Positions 43,571 to 57,400 of a stretch of DNA of 64,000 nucleotides are shown here, piece by piece (the first letter of the stretch is position 1; each line of letters opens with the position of its first letter). The stretch is from Lama glama (lineage: Eukaryota). The notes beneath the pieces are model-generated. The model was not told the DNA's origin and searched no databases. It was given only the letters and a program-made list of their open reading frames with translations. Location: contig CM052816.1 of assembly GCA_028534125.1 (NCBI GenBank), forward strand, positions 47,804,001 through 47,868,000. The letters are read 5' to 3'. A program made the position numbers and the translations under genes.

Positions 43571-43713
43571 TATAGAGAGCCCAGAAATGAACCCACAAAC
43601 TTTTGGTCAACTCATCTTCGACAAAGGAGGCAAGAATATACAATGGAATAAAGACAGTCTCTTCAGCAAATGGTGTTGGGAAAACTGGACAGCAGCATGT
43701 AAAACAATGAAGC
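43571..43713 (+). mobile_element. Young L1 ORF2 fragment (5'-truncated) running into the gap
   Basis: Open frame [42 protein letters not shown], typical L1 ORF2 C-terminal region. Confidence 0.92.
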
Positions 43714-44213
43714 NNNNNNNNNNNNNNNNNNNNNNNNNNNNNNNNNNNNNNNNNNNNNNNNNNNNNNNNNNNNNNNNNNNNNNNNNNNNNNNNNNNNNNN
43801 NNNNNNNNNNNNNNNNNNNNNNNNNNNNNNNNNNNNNNNNNNNNNNNNNNNNNNNNNNNNNNNNNNNNNNNNNNNNNNNNNNNNNNNNNNNNNNNNNNNN
43901 NNNNNNNNNNNNNNNNNNNNNNNNNNNNNNNNNNNNNNNNNNNNNNNNNNNNNNNNNNNNNNNNNNNNNNNNNNNNNNNNNNNNNNNNNNNNNNNNNNNN
44001 NNNNNNNNNNNNNNNNNNNNNNNNNNNNNNNNNNNNNNNNNNNNNNNNNNNNNNNNNNNNNNNNNNNNNNNNNNNNNNNNNNNNNNNNNNNNNNNNNNNN
44101 NNNNNNNNNNNNNNNNNNNNNNNNNNNNNNNNNNNNNNNNNNNNNNNNNNNNNNNNNNNNNNNNNNNNNNNNNNNNNNNNNNNNNNNNNNNNNNNNNNNN
44201 NNNNNNNNNNNNN
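43714..44213. other. Assembly gap, exactly 500 N
   Basis: Run of N; round length suggests a placeholder of unknown true size. Confidence 0.99.
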
Positions 44214-45133
44214 AAAAAGGAGGGGGGGTGGGGAGATGAATATATGTGTTTGAAGCCTGTGTCTAATCAATAACAGGACATCAAAACCCAAGAGAAATAG
44301 AAATGAATTAAGAAGTAAAAATTAAGAGAGTAATTGAAAATAGAACAGGTAAAAACAGATTAAAAAAAACAAAACAAAAACAAAAACAAAAAACAAAAAA
44401 ACAAAAAAACAAAAAAACAAAACAAAACAATAAAACCAAAGAAAAAAAAAAGGGGGGGTTTGTCGGTGTTCTCCTGGAGTGTGTGTGCTTTTAATGTGAT
44501 GTCCTTCTGTTTTCGTCCTGTTTTGGAAGCTCAGCTTGTTTTCATAGGCCCTCCGTTGGCGCCCTCTTCTGTGCTGCTCCCAGCACCTGTCGGCAAGCCG
44601 ATCGCGCCTCCTCCTAACAAGGGGTCAGATGCAGCTCTCCTCTGCTGCGGGTGGGCGGGTCACTGCCCCTCCGGATGCTGCAGTCAGATGTTGCAGACTG
44701 GCCAGGCTGGAGGGCGGGTCGTGCTCCTTCCCAGAACCTCGGTCAGGGGTTGTGTTCCTGCCCGACAGGGGGGGGCCGCTCTCCCCCTGCCTGCGCCACC
44801 GGTAGCTCCGCTGCTCTGTGCGGCTGCGCGCTCTGCGCCAGAGCTCTGCCCCAGTCGGCGCTCCGCCCTGGTCGCGCTCCGCGGGTGGGCTTGGGGAAGA
44901 CCGAGGGGCAGCCTCGTCCCTGCTCCGAGCCAAGACCCAGCTGCTTGTTTGTCTTTGTGGAGCAAGTTCTCAGATTTTTGGCGTCTTTATCTTTTGAAGA
45001 GGGCGATGATCTGTTGGAGTTCCGCAGGTGCTCTGGTTGGCTGAGTGGGTCTGTAGTTGTGGGTCTTGGTGTATTTGTGGGAGAGGGTGACTTACAAGCA
45101 TCCTTCTACTCCGCCATCTTGCCCGGAAGTCCC
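44214..45133 (-). mobile_element. Young L1 5' UTR / internal promoter (CpG-rich)
   Basis: Minus strand begins GGGACTTCCGGGCAAGATGGCGGAGTAGAAGG (YY1-type motif as at L1 5' ends); about 670 bp GC/CpG-rich, then a (GTTTT)n T-rich tract as in mammalian L1 5' UTRs; abrupt junction to AT-rich flank. Confidence 0.85.
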
Positions 45134-46629
45134 GTCTCTCTTTATCTTCTAACTATATGTAAAGTATTTTTTACTTATTAGATTTATTTTAAAATCTCTT
45201 TCTTTTCCCTTTAACTAATTAATTAATTACTTCATTCATTCATTCAATCATATGTTCCCCACACCCACACCCTTAGAATGTAAGCTCTGGGGGAGGTAGG
45301 ATCTTCATCTGTCTTGTATACTGGTATAACTCCAGTGCCAAGAACAGTGCCTGGCCCATGGTAGGGACACAATAAATTTGTTAAAGAAGAAGTCATTTAT
45401 CCCCTTTTATATTCATGGAGTCGTGTGAGGTATCTGAAAGCTATGAAGGTGTTAGAAAACATCATGCCTGACCTTAGTGTCAACGTTTAGCTACACGGCA
45501 TATGGTTATACAATGCAAATTTTTTCTTTCTTCAGAATGCAAATGGAAAATCAATTTATGCCCATCTCTTCTTTTCCCTACCAGTTTAAAAATCATGTGA
45601 GCTGCTTCTGTACTGCAGGATTTGAAGAAATAATCTTGATTCACTCATAGAAAAAAATGTTGTAGAGATACTAATGCAATGTAAATATATCTCAACAGGA
45701 ATTGATTTTTTAAAGATTTCTTGTTTAGATTTTAGTTCTTAAAAGAATTTAAGGATATTTGCAATAAAATATACTTATTTTCATCATATCATAAATTGCA
45801 GATGAGTGAAATTTAGTCCATAAGGAATCTAGGCTTTAAAGGCTTAAATGCTACTGGTGTTTGGAAATTAGTGGGTTGGTCTATATTAATTGCAACGTGG
45901 GTTAAAAAAAAAAACAACAGCAGAATCAACACTTAGAACGTCCATTATGAGGGACAAGGGGCATTGAATTATTTGCTAAATTTGTCCATGAAAATGTTTC
46001 ATAGAGCACAGGTAATAACTATATGCTGAAATAAGTCCCTGACTAATAAATTGTACAATTAATTTTTAATAAATTAAGTTCATTCAAAATGAATGAGGAT
46101 CTCAAAACAAATTCTAAGTCAAATCTAATTGATACTCTGATCCTGTTTCCTATTTTTTTTAATATAAGCACCTTGAAATTACAACTTTATATTAGAGCTA
46201 ATCTATTTCAATTTCCCATACTCCACAGAAATTTTTCCTGCTATATTTTTCTTCGTCCCTTCACTCAAACATCTCCATGATGTGAGCCATGTAGCAGGGT
46301 TCCTGGATACTCCACTTGTTCTATCCACATAGGGACATATCCCCAAAATGAACCAAAGAAATATTTTAAACTTTATTTTTTCAGAGCCCTTCTGTCTTTG
46401 CTGGAGAAATGAGTATAATGCAATATTAAATTTTTAAGTTTAAAATGAAACACAAAAATAGTATCATATACCAAAATTAGTTGAGAAAAAGGAAATCTTG
46501 TAAAATTTCCAAAAAAAGGAGATTCTGAGAACTCATCACATAATATTTAAGCTCTCTTCACATTAAGGATATAAGATTATAGATATGTAGACTAAAGAGG
46601 ATTAATTATTTAGAAGGAGCCAAGCCTTG

Positions 46630-47445
46630 TATACCATCAAAAATACAAAAGATAACAAGTGTTGGTGAGGTTACAGAGAAAAGGTAACTCTTGTGTGTTG
46701 CTGATGGGAATGTAAATTGGTACAGCCATTATAGAAAACAGTATGGAAGCTCTTTTGAAAAATTAAAAATAGAACTTCCATATGATCCAGCAAAACCACT
46801 TCTGGGTATATATGCAAAGGAAGTGAAAACAGTATCACAAAGAGATATCTGCACCCTCATGTTCACTACAGCACCGTATCATAATAGCCAAGGTACAGAA
46901 ACAACCTAAATGTCCAAAGGATTAATGGATAAAGAAGATGTTGTGTACATATATAACAGAATATTATTCAGCCTTGAGAAAGAAGGAAATCCTGCCATTT
47001 GCAACAACATGGATGGAACTTGAGGACATTATGCTAAGTGAAATAAGTCATAGGGAGAAAGACAAATCCTACATGATATCACTTATATGGGAAATCTAAA
47101 AAGCTGAACTCAAAGAAACAAAGAGTAAAATGGTGATTACAAGGGACTCAGGGGTGGGGGAAATGGGAAGATGTTGGTCAAAGGTTACAAACTTCTAGTT
47201 AAAAGATTAACATGTAATCTAATGTACAGCATAGTGATTATTGTTAATAATATGCTAGATATATGAAAGTTGCTAAGAAAGTAGATGACTATTTTCATAA
47301 TAAAAAAGAAATGGAAATTGTATGACAGGATGGAGGTGTTAATGTTACACTTCGCAATATATCAATGTGTCAAGTCAGCATGTTGTGTACCTCAAATTAC
47401 ACACTATTATAGATCAATTATTTCACAATAAAGCTGGGGAAATTT
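46630..47445 (+). mobile_element. L1 (L1MA/MB-like) ORF2 end and 3' UTR
   Basis: ORF 46691..46909 (KLKIELPYDPAKPLLGIY...DICTLMFT); atttgcaacaacatggatggaacttgaggacattatgctaagtgaaataag; ends aataaagctggg. Confidence 0.9.
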
Positions 47446-48639
47446 TAAAAATATACAACAGTACAATTACAATAAAGATTGGGAAAGGAGATGTACAATA
47501 CCAATTAGAAAAAAAGTGACTGATAATTATGACAGAATAATTGAAGGGGATATTTTGAATATGAAATTTGGTTCTGAGCATCTCTTAAGTTATGGCAAAA
47601 AGGGAGTGTAATATATAATTACTCTTATTTAAAAAAAACAAACAGTAACAACAACAAAAAGTAGTGTCTAACAGAGGCAAACACTAAATTCCTGCAATTA
47701 TATGCCAAGCAAAATTCGTCATTTAAATCTTTAAAGAGTGTTATAAGGAATAATATCTTCAATGCAGATTCTGTAGGTGTAAAAAAGTATATGTCTATTT
47801 TTTAGGTAAATTTTAGCAGAAATTGAAGCTTAACATTAAATAGTAACTCTGTGAAGATATTTGTATATGGAGATACAATAAATTAATGATGAGATAATTT
47901 GATACAAGGGTATAATTATCTAAAATGCCAAATTATTTTTCTCAAATAGTATTTGTGTCAGTACTATTTTGACAGTAGCCAGGTAACCATCAATTCAAAA
48001 TTGAGCTTCCTAAAGAATGAAGATTTTCTATGGCAATAATCAGGAAGACACTGATAAGCTTTATCCATTAAAAAATGTCAAAGTCAGCAATCTTTTCTAA
48101 AGCTGATTTGCTTTCTAACCTTGAAGACAGGCCAATCCTCCTCTGCATACAGGTGGGCAAGAAAGTAAGGCCAACTTTTTTCTAGATAGGCCTTTAAATT
48201 TGTTCAAATGGCTAGGCACAATAGAGGCTTCAAGGTTATGCTCCATAAAGTTTGAGTAGATGATTTTGCTTTGGCACATGTTAAAGACAGGTGTTACCAA
48301 CCAGTTGTCTGCACTATAAAATAATCTTGCTATGACTTATGCAGAATATTAGGTATTGAATAGCATTGTAGCTTGATGAGCCAGCCAGAATGAATAACTG
48401 CTAAAGGTAACTCTGAAGTAGATGCATTTGATGAGCTTTTCAATTAAATAATATTTTAGTGCAAGTTGGAAAATTGCATGCCCAGTTTTTAAGCATTGAT
48501 TCAGTGAATGAAGATATAGCTTGAAAGACAGAGAATTAGTTTGATCAGATTCAGTACAGAGAAAGCCAGTGTCAAGAATGCTATCTTAAATTCCCTTGGA
48601 AATAGGGGCAGGTTAAAACAAAGACTTTAATAAAATAAT

Positions 48640-49920
48640 TATAGTATTAGATCTATAATATTTCTAGCTATGAGCAATCAGAAATTTACATAAAAATGTT
48701 ATCCATAATAGCATCAAAATTATTAAATACTTAGAGATAAATCTGATAAAATACATGTCAACTCTGTACTAAAAAAGTATAAAAATCCACTGGGTTATCT
48801 GAATAACACTTAAATAAATGGAGACAAATACTATATTTAGGGGTCAGAAGAACCCAATATTGCAATTCTTCCTAATCTGATTTATGGATTTAATTTAATT
48901 CTTGTCAAAATCTTTAAGACTTTTTTGGAGAAATTTATAATCTGATTCTAAAATTCGTGTGAAAATGTGAAAGACCTAGAACAGCCAAAACAGTCTTGAA
49001 AAATAATAATAAAGTTGGAGGACTTAACCTATTTCATTCAAGACTTATTATAAAGTTGGAGGCCTTAACCTATTTCATTCAAGATGTATTATAAAGCTAC
49101 ATTGTGGTTATTGGCATAAAGATAGCCCAGCGTGTCGATGGAGCAGAATTAAGAGCTCAGAAATAGAACCATACATATATGGTCAAATGATTTTCAACAA
49201 AGGTGCAAAGTCAACTCAGTGAAGAAAACATAGTCTTTACAATGCTGACATACTGGAAAATTTGGATATCCATATGTGAAAAAATGAACTTGGACTCATA
49301 AAAAAGATCATCATTAAAAAATTAATTTGTAATGGATCATAGATTTAAATGTAAAACCTAACTGTAAGACTTCTAAAAGAAAACAAAGCCTGAATCAGAA
49401 GAGCTCCAAAAAAGGAAAATGATGATTACTAGAATTCATCAAAATTAAGAACTTTTCTTCTTTGAAAGACATTATTAAGTGAGTGAAAAGAGAAGCCAGA
49501 CTGAGAGAAAGTATTTTCAAATCACACATGTTTAAGGACTTGTATCTGTATATTCTATACAGAAATATAAAAATCCATTAATAAGAAAACAATTTAAAGA
49601 AAACACGGCAAAAGATTTAAATAGACACTTTCCCAAAGAAGAGAAATACATGGCAATATACACTTGAAATGATGCCCAGCATCACTGATCATCAGAGAAA
49701 TGCACATTAAAACTTCAGAGAGATACCACTACAACCTGCTAGAATTGCTAAAATTAAGAAGACTGACCATACCAATGGCTGGTGAGGATATGGAGGAACT
49801 GGAACTCATATGCTGCTGACAGGAACATAAAATAATACAATTACTTCAGAAAACAGTTGAATGGTTGCATTAAATGTTAAACATACGCCTACCATATAAC
49901 CCAGCCATTCCTCTCCTATT
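48640..49920 (+). mobile_element. Old L1 ORF2 fragment
   Basis: cagaaatagaaccatacatatatggtcaaatgattttcaacaaaggtgc; atagacactttcccaaagaag; ctaccatataacccagccattcc. Confidence 0.85.
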
Positions 49921-52900
49921 TCAGATATTCAAGGACTCAAAACTTTTGCCTCCCATACATTGTTTCTCTGGAAAGTACCAGGGGATATTCTTCAGTATAT
50001 TGAGAACATAACCAAAAAGGTAAGAAGAAAATGATCCAGGAAGTAGGGGTCCCTCAGAGGGGAAAGCTAAAGAGCTTGTAGTAAAAGAAAGACTCGGGAA
50101 AGCAGCAGGTCTACAAAAAGCTACCATTCAAGTCTGGAATAGAAAGGTGGTTTTTAGAGGAAAATATTGTAACTGACAGATTATGTGATAGGTTTAACAG
50201 TGTGGAAAATTTTATCAGGAGACAGCTGAAGGAGACTTTAAGAATAAGAAATAAAGTGAGAAAATCAAACAAAAAAGTGAGGCATTGATGCCAGAAGAAA
50301 AATGAAAAATCACCAATGAAAGAAACATAATCGTAATATATCAATTGCCTCAGGAATGAACAATTTTTTTGTAATCAAATTAATGAAAACACTAAAATTA
50401 ACTTAATCAAAAATATGGTATACTTTATAGGAAATATTGGGTAAGGGAGAAAATGTGTATGAGGCTGAATAATTTACCACATACGTAGTTCTTGCAAACC
50501 AACTCAGGCCAGTTGAGTTCTGCATATTCTCTTAGATTATTTTTAGTTGACACAGAAGCTTCCGAAGAAGACAGAGGGAGAAAATTTTTGCTGCTGTTCA
50601 ACATCCTCAATTCAGCCTCTAGTGAGAAAGCTAGACTCAGAGCAAATTGCCGTATGTATTTTCACCCATTACGTAAATAACACATCAGCAAGTAGGTACC
50701 TGAACAGTTATACAATTTAGGAAGTCTCTGTTCTCATTCTTTTATGTATTCTGACCATACTCAGTATGAAGACTTTATCAAAGACAAAGTGAGATTTAGT
50801 TAACCATATGATCAGCAACTGACAACTGGGATCCTCTCAAATTAGTTTGTCCTCTAAGAATTAAGTCTATGGTCAACCCTAGTGCTGTAAACTCCAGGCT
50901 TCTTTAGATTATTTCCGTGTATGGGTGAGCTTATCTCTAAAATACTTCAGCCAGTCTATATACCTTAAATACTGCTGATTTTATAACAAGAACTCATTCA
51001 AATTTCCATTTACAAGCCACTAATTCACTTATGGAAAACCATTTTTTTAAACTTTCATTATGGTAATTATCAAATCCTGTGGTGTAGAGAAAAAAAAAAA
51101 AACAAGACAGAAGCATTTGTTGTGACAGTCTCTGGAGGGTAGGTTTCATGATTAGAATTCTAGCTGACTGTGTCTAAGGTATGATTAGAGTAAGTGACCA
51201 CACACAGGGTATAATTAAGCTAACACATGTCTTATTCTACGGGGAAGTATTTTAAAGTACTATAGATAGCATAATGAAAGTCAATAGATAAGTGTCTAAA
51301 ATGAATAAAAGAACTAGAGAGATAAGCATATTATTTAGGAAGTTGAATGTAAGTACCAAGAGCTTAAAGATTTGAAAGTAGTTATCCCTGGAGATTGAGG
51401 GGAGGGCTGACGTGTGGAGTGAGGCAAGCGACAGCCACCATTTTCATTTTAAGTCTTTGGGTATCATTTAAATAATTTAAAGCCATATATGTGTATTTCT
51501 TTGCTAAGTATAAAATTACTTTTAATAAGATAAAAAGTTAAAAAAAAAAAAAAACAACTCCTAATAACAGGAGTCCCCTCTTGGGGAAGTGAGAGAGGCG
51601 TGTCTGCTTCTTAAGTGGGAGAAAGGGATTAAAGCTTCTAGCCTCCCTTGTTTCAGAAAAACATTTCAGCTCTTGCTGGGATCCACTGATGAATGTAGGC
51701 ACTTTTGCTGTTCTCTTTTGAATAAAAGATAGAAGATGTATAAGTTGTTAATAAAATTAAGACTGTACACTAAATGGAATATAAATGAAGTACTGAAAAG
51801 GAATACGATTTGCTTCAACTTGACAAAATTCCACAAAGGGTTCAAGACCTAGGTTTGAATTAAAATGAAAAAAAGTAGTTAGAAAATTCCCTGTATTATA
51901 CATGACTAGGTTGCATGAGGATCTTAATAAGCATTAAAAGGACAGGATTCAATTGAGTCCAGGGCAGCTCACAGTTATAGGACATCCATTCCATGCCAGG
52001 CGTTGTGCCAGCTGCCACAAGAGAGCACAGTGATGAATAAGACACAGCCCTTGCTCTCAAGACATAAATATCTAATGAGGGGGAAACAAATAGTCCTTTC
52101 TGTTGATGAATATTATCCAAGATATAGAGTGCCACTGAAGTTCTCTAAACATGGCTGCAAGTACATGTGCCTCCTTACAGGAGGTTTCCTCTGCTAGGAA
52201 TGAGCAAACTTACTTTTGGAAGAACTAACTTCCATTCATCAAAATTCTTCAAGACTTAACTCAAATTCCACCCATGCTGCGCAGCTCTCTTTGACTTCCC
52301 TCACTGATCTAGATGCCCTTCTGCTCCTCTCCCTCAGCCCATGTCACATTTCTATCATTATACTCATCCAACTAAGCTGTAACCGTTGCCTTGCTAGAGT
52401 ATATCTTTCCCAGCTTGCACAGTTTTTTGAGATTAAGGATTGGTATTACTTATCATTGCTAAATAATAACATAATGCTAGGCACACAGATGCTCAGTTAA
52501 CATTTGCTGAGTCAGTGGGAAATTTATTCTGGGGGATGCTGGTGAAGACATGGGTGGACACCTAAACTGAAATGTGTGGCATAACTAGGAAGGCATTCAC
52601 AGGCAAGTACGGAAAGAACAAATCACGTCTTAGATAAAGGGAGAGTCAATTCAAAGACAGAATGATTGAAACACCATGGGGCATTCAGAAGATTGCTTGT
52701 GATTCAGAATGACTGAGAAGGGGAGATACCGGAAATTAAATTGAAAAAATTGTCAGGGATCAGATCACAAAAAGCCTTACGCCACATTTTATGGGCTTCA
52801 TCCTGTAGGTCATAGGGAGCTATTTAGGTTTAAGCCGAGAAGTAACAAATAAATGTTAGTTAGTTTTTTTAATTAAATGAATAGTACACATTCACTGTGA

Positions 52901-53199
52901 AAATTTAAAACAACCCAGAAAAATTATAAGGGAAAACAGTATAAGAGTATAAGGGAAAGGTTTTCAAATTACTATCACCTTGACATATCACTGTTAACAA
53001 TATTACCATTTTGGTGACTAATTTTCCACGCATCTCTTCACAAGTACCCATGTTGACAGATGTGTAACACAAAGATACATTTTATATAAACTGACTCATA
53101 TATATTCTATTTTAATTATGTAAACATTTTTACTCTCTCTTCCTGTTTTAACTTATTTATCCCTTTCCCCTTCTCCTCTATCATTCCCTCCCAACATCT

Positions 53200-53830
53200 C
53201 ACTAATGTTAACGTGTTCGTACCTATTAATAATCATGTATATAACATATCTTTGCCATTATTTGAGGAAAACGAGCTCATATCATGCTATTATCTTCATT
53301 TAGCTTTTTCCACTTAACAATATGTTATGAAAACCCCTCCAGATAAACTGCTATAGATCTAACTCAGTCTTTTTAAAAGGCTGAATCCATCCTATAGTAT
53401 GAATATACCACAATTTGCTCAACCATTTCCCTATTAGTGAGCATTCAATGTGTCTTCAGTTTTTGATACTGCCAACTATGGTGCAGATTTCTTCTTAGAA
53501 ATGTCTGTAGTAAGTCATTTTGACACCAGAAACATGTGAAAGTTCATTTCAGCATATACTTACAGCCCACAAGTATTATCATTCTTTTCCAGTTCTGTCA
53601 ATCTGTTAAGTGAGAGTAGTGTCTTATCATTACTTCAATTTGTTTTTTTCTGACTCCTACCAAGATTAGGCATCATTTTATAAATGCATTGGGCATTTAA
53701 ATTGCTCTTCTGTCAATCACCTATCTATCAATTGCCTATTAAAATTCTTTGCCTATTATCCTCTAGAGTTGTTTGTAATCAATCTGTAAGAGTTCTTTAT
53801 AAAGCACAGATATTAAAAATCCTTTACAGA
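53200..53830 (-). mobile_element. Old L1 (L1ME-like) 3' fragment, antisense
   Basis: tttttccacttaacaatatg...gtatgaatataccacaatttgctcaaccatttccc pattern. Confidence 0.6.
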
Positions 53831-54324
53831 TATGCATTTTAGAATGATATTAAGAAACTGGAAGATAGACTGAGAGTGGGCATCATCAGAGGCAGAAAAA
53901 TGGCTGAGAAACAAAGTCCAAGCTAGTGGTAATGGGTACCCAAGCCAGGAAATTGGCAGTGCTCATGTGAGATATGGAGAGCCCCATTAAGTATCTCCTA
54001 ATCAGAGATTACTAATCATAGAGTCCTTGCCCTCTCACACTTCGACTTCTTACTTCCCAAAGAACGTGCATCATACATACTGTGAAATCAAAGCCATGAC
54101 TCCAATTAAGAGAACCAGAGGAAATTCTCCCTGCAATTTTGTCTTCATGTGTGGACCAAAGACCTTACACTCCTTGCTAGGTTCCTTGACAATAGTTAAA
54201 TATGTTTGTGACTCTGTGCTACTGAAACAGGCCAAATTACCCTTTGAATATCAGATTAAAAATCTACGCAGTTTCAGCAGTTTTTTTGTGAAGTATGTTT
54301 TATATTATTTTTACTTCTTTAAAA

Positions 54325-54437
54325 GGTAGATACAAACTATTAAGTATAAAATAGATAAACTCCAAGGTCCTAGTTATATAGCACAGGGAATTATATTCTG
54401 AATCTTATAATAATCTATAATAAAAAATATGAAAAAT
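54325..54437 (+). mobile_element. Short L1 3' UTR fragment (laurasiatherian type)
   Basis: aaactattaagtataaaatagataaac..caaggtccta...tatagcacagggaa. Confidence 0.65.
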
Positions 54438-57400
54438 GGATCATTCATACTTTTTGTGTGGTAATCCTCTAACAGTCAGAAATTTTGATTTCATAACCAT
54501 AATGTCTCATTTCAATATTATGTCACAAGCAAGTTTCCTGGGGTAACTAATCACTAGTTACGGGTTTCCAGTGAAATCCTTGGCATTCCTTTCAGCTAAC
54601 AGATTCTCTAGTCATTGTAATTATCATTGCTAGCCTTATCTGACATGGAAGGTAGTAACTAGAAGTTACTACCCCATTTCTGTGTACTATTGGATGTATG
54701 ACTGCACCCAGAAACAGAAATCTCCAAATGGCATTAATATAGATAACAAAGACAGAAGAAATACTTAAGATTTTGGGATGAGGTATATATGCTTATACTT
54801 AGTGAGCAATGTTTTGGGAATAAACAAGTTTGCTTAAAAACCCTTTTGGGCACTTTAAAAGAAAAGTGCTGTGGGCTTGGAAATTCCAAGAAAATAGCCA
54901 CTTACTGATGTACCAAATATACATATAAAAATTATATGTAGATTGAGAATAAATTTTATTTTTGCAGTTTCAGGCATCATGGATCTCCATTATGTTTGTC
55001 TTAAACAATATTCTATAACATTTTTAAGGAATTCATGTATTTTCATGTAACTCTCTTAACCCCTAAAAATACATTTCTTTCTTTCCTAAAGTACTTACTA
55101 TGGTCATTTAATCCTCATAACTTCTCCATGAGAAAAGTACTTTTATTTCACTTGAGGAAGCATCACAAAATGGGTATGTTGCCTAAAAGAACAGGTAGTC
55201 AGGAGCAGAGCTAGGAGATGATTCAAGCTGTCTGCACTCGTCCATGACATTAGCACATCTGACAGTGGCTAAGCTCTTTGTGTAGTGGAGTGTTCATTCT
55301 TCAGTTAGCACCTTCCACTGGGCATGCACAATTCCACTAACAGATGTATTACCATATCCACCACAGATACGGTGGTGATGTTACCTGAATTTTTCAGTGC
55401 CATCTAACTTTCAGATAAGATTGCCACAACCTTCAGAAATTCAGGGAAGCAGCAAAGTGCTATGCAACGGTTATTTCAGTGATATTCAAGGATGTTTTTA
55501 ATGCATGGTAGGTATTAGAATGAATATGAGTTCCTATCTCTACAGCTTTTTTCCCAAGCATATTTATAGAGAATATGGTTAACATTCATTACCATGACTT
55601 GCCAATTTATCCCTGTTTTTCACATGTGTGTTCTACACAGACATTCTGTAAGACAGATGATACAAACCATTATCCCTACTTTACACGTGGACTGTGGAAG
55701 CACCCATGTTGTTTTCAATGCTCTATAACTTGTGAGTGGTAGAGAAATGTCTACAACCCACATCTTTTGACTTTAGGGTCATTGCTCATGAGAGAAGACA
55801 AAAATTTGGGTTGACGTAGACCGAAAAGTTCTCTCTCTGCAACAGTGCCAACTCAGGGCCAAAACACCATTGGTACCCTGAAGTTGATCTTCGTTCTATG
55901 CTGGGTGGCATAGAAAAGGATAATGAAAGCCAGTCAAGCTTCACTGAGCACATTTATTGTTCAGTGACAAAGCTGAAATTACATTGTTCTAACAGTTGAC
56001 TTTCCACTGAACTCTGAAAAAAAAGTAAACAATTACTTGTTTCATGCTATTTAGCAGAGTGAATGCTTGCTTAGTTTATTTTAAACTTCCAGACTTGATC
56101 TGTCACACTATAAATGATAATACCCCTAAGCATTTGTGGCATTTGTCATTTGTTGCTCTGTTGTATATTTCCCTAAGCTCTAGATAAAAAATAAATCTCT
56201 TTTGAGTGCTCCATGTACAAACCATTTGGTAACAGCTACAGTAGAAAGAACTGCTCAGCAGTGATGAGGACTGTGTAACAAAATAATTTTAGACTTCCTC
56301 TTCCAATTGCAGCCTAAAACTCTCCACAAAATAAAATCCAGGTGGACCAGGAGAGTGTTGAATGTGCTTCAGATAAGTGGTTACTCTTGGCAGGTTTATT
56401 CTGATGAATTGCTTGATTCTGCTCTTTTCAGGAAACCAAAACAATTGCCTGTTTTTTGATTTGGGGAATTTATTGTGTTTTCTTATTTTATTAGCCTTGT
56501 GGGAAAATAAATTGTCTTGGAGGGAATAGAAGTTCAGTCCCCATCTAAAATTATGGTTTAAACATTTCTCCTGACACCAATTATTTATATTAAAGGCCCC
56601 TTTACTTAGTAAATGTATCATGACTATTTATCTTTTGAATACCATTATAAGGAAGATGAATTCATAAAGTTCACTCACTTTTCCCCTGATAAAGAATTAA
56701 TAATCTAGTCCTATAATTGACTGAAGTAGGAAACCAGGAAAAAGAAATCACTCTCCACCCTCAAAGAAAACAGAGAAAGCTTTATTATTAGACGGAAAAG
56801 GGGAAAATGATAGAATTTCAGTTCCTTCAAGGATGAACTACTTTATACTTCTTTCTACACACAGGTGACTAAAAATGGGGTTGTGTTGTATAGAATTATC
56901 AGCTATAAAAAAGTTAAAAGCTGAGAGGTGTCTACCAAAAATGATGGAATTAATTCTAGAATCGTTAAACTATAGCTCCTCTCACTGTACTAAAATAGCA
57001 ATATACATTTGTATAAGCCACTCCTTAACAAGGTCAAGTATTTTTGATAGATAATAGAAAACTCTATTAAAGAGGAAAAGATTGTTGGGTTGGAATATCA
57101 AATTATTAATGAGATTATTATAATCTCATTGATTATTATAATCAAATTAATATGAAAGCTAAAAGGCAAGAAAAAACTTCAGCCTTATCTTCACTGGAAT
57201 CTATTATCTGATTTATCAGTAGTCCATTCCTAGTAACTCTGAGGCTTATGTCCATCTTAGGACACACAAGGAAGGTTAGGGGTAGCAGCTGATGTTTTAC
57301 ACTGAGTTAACAGTTTAGCCTGTAACAGATTCTGTGCATAGAATAAAAGGTAGAAGAAAGTTTACCAGTACTGTAAACTAGCCTAGAGAACTCCCAAAGG

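Noticed and set aside
43554..44291. 245-aa and 228-aa ORFs
   Set aside because: Artefacts of translating through the 500-N gap
44460..45133. CpG island as the RASA1 promoter or exon 1
   Set aside because: No Gly/Ala-rich RASA1 N-terminus is encoded; has L1 5' end hallmarks instead
44460..45181. Overlapping long ORFs (194, 176, 102, 93 aa), possible L1 ORF0-like antisense protein
   Set aside because: GC-rich L1 5' UTR is stop-poor by composition; the plus-strand ORFs start at TTG/GTG; no recognisable protein similarity
50669..50683. TTACGTAA palindrome overlapping GTAAATA (PAR-bZIP plus forkhead-like motifs)
   Set aside because: Short motifs expected by chance in 64 kb of AT-rich DNA; no conservation or chromatin evidence available
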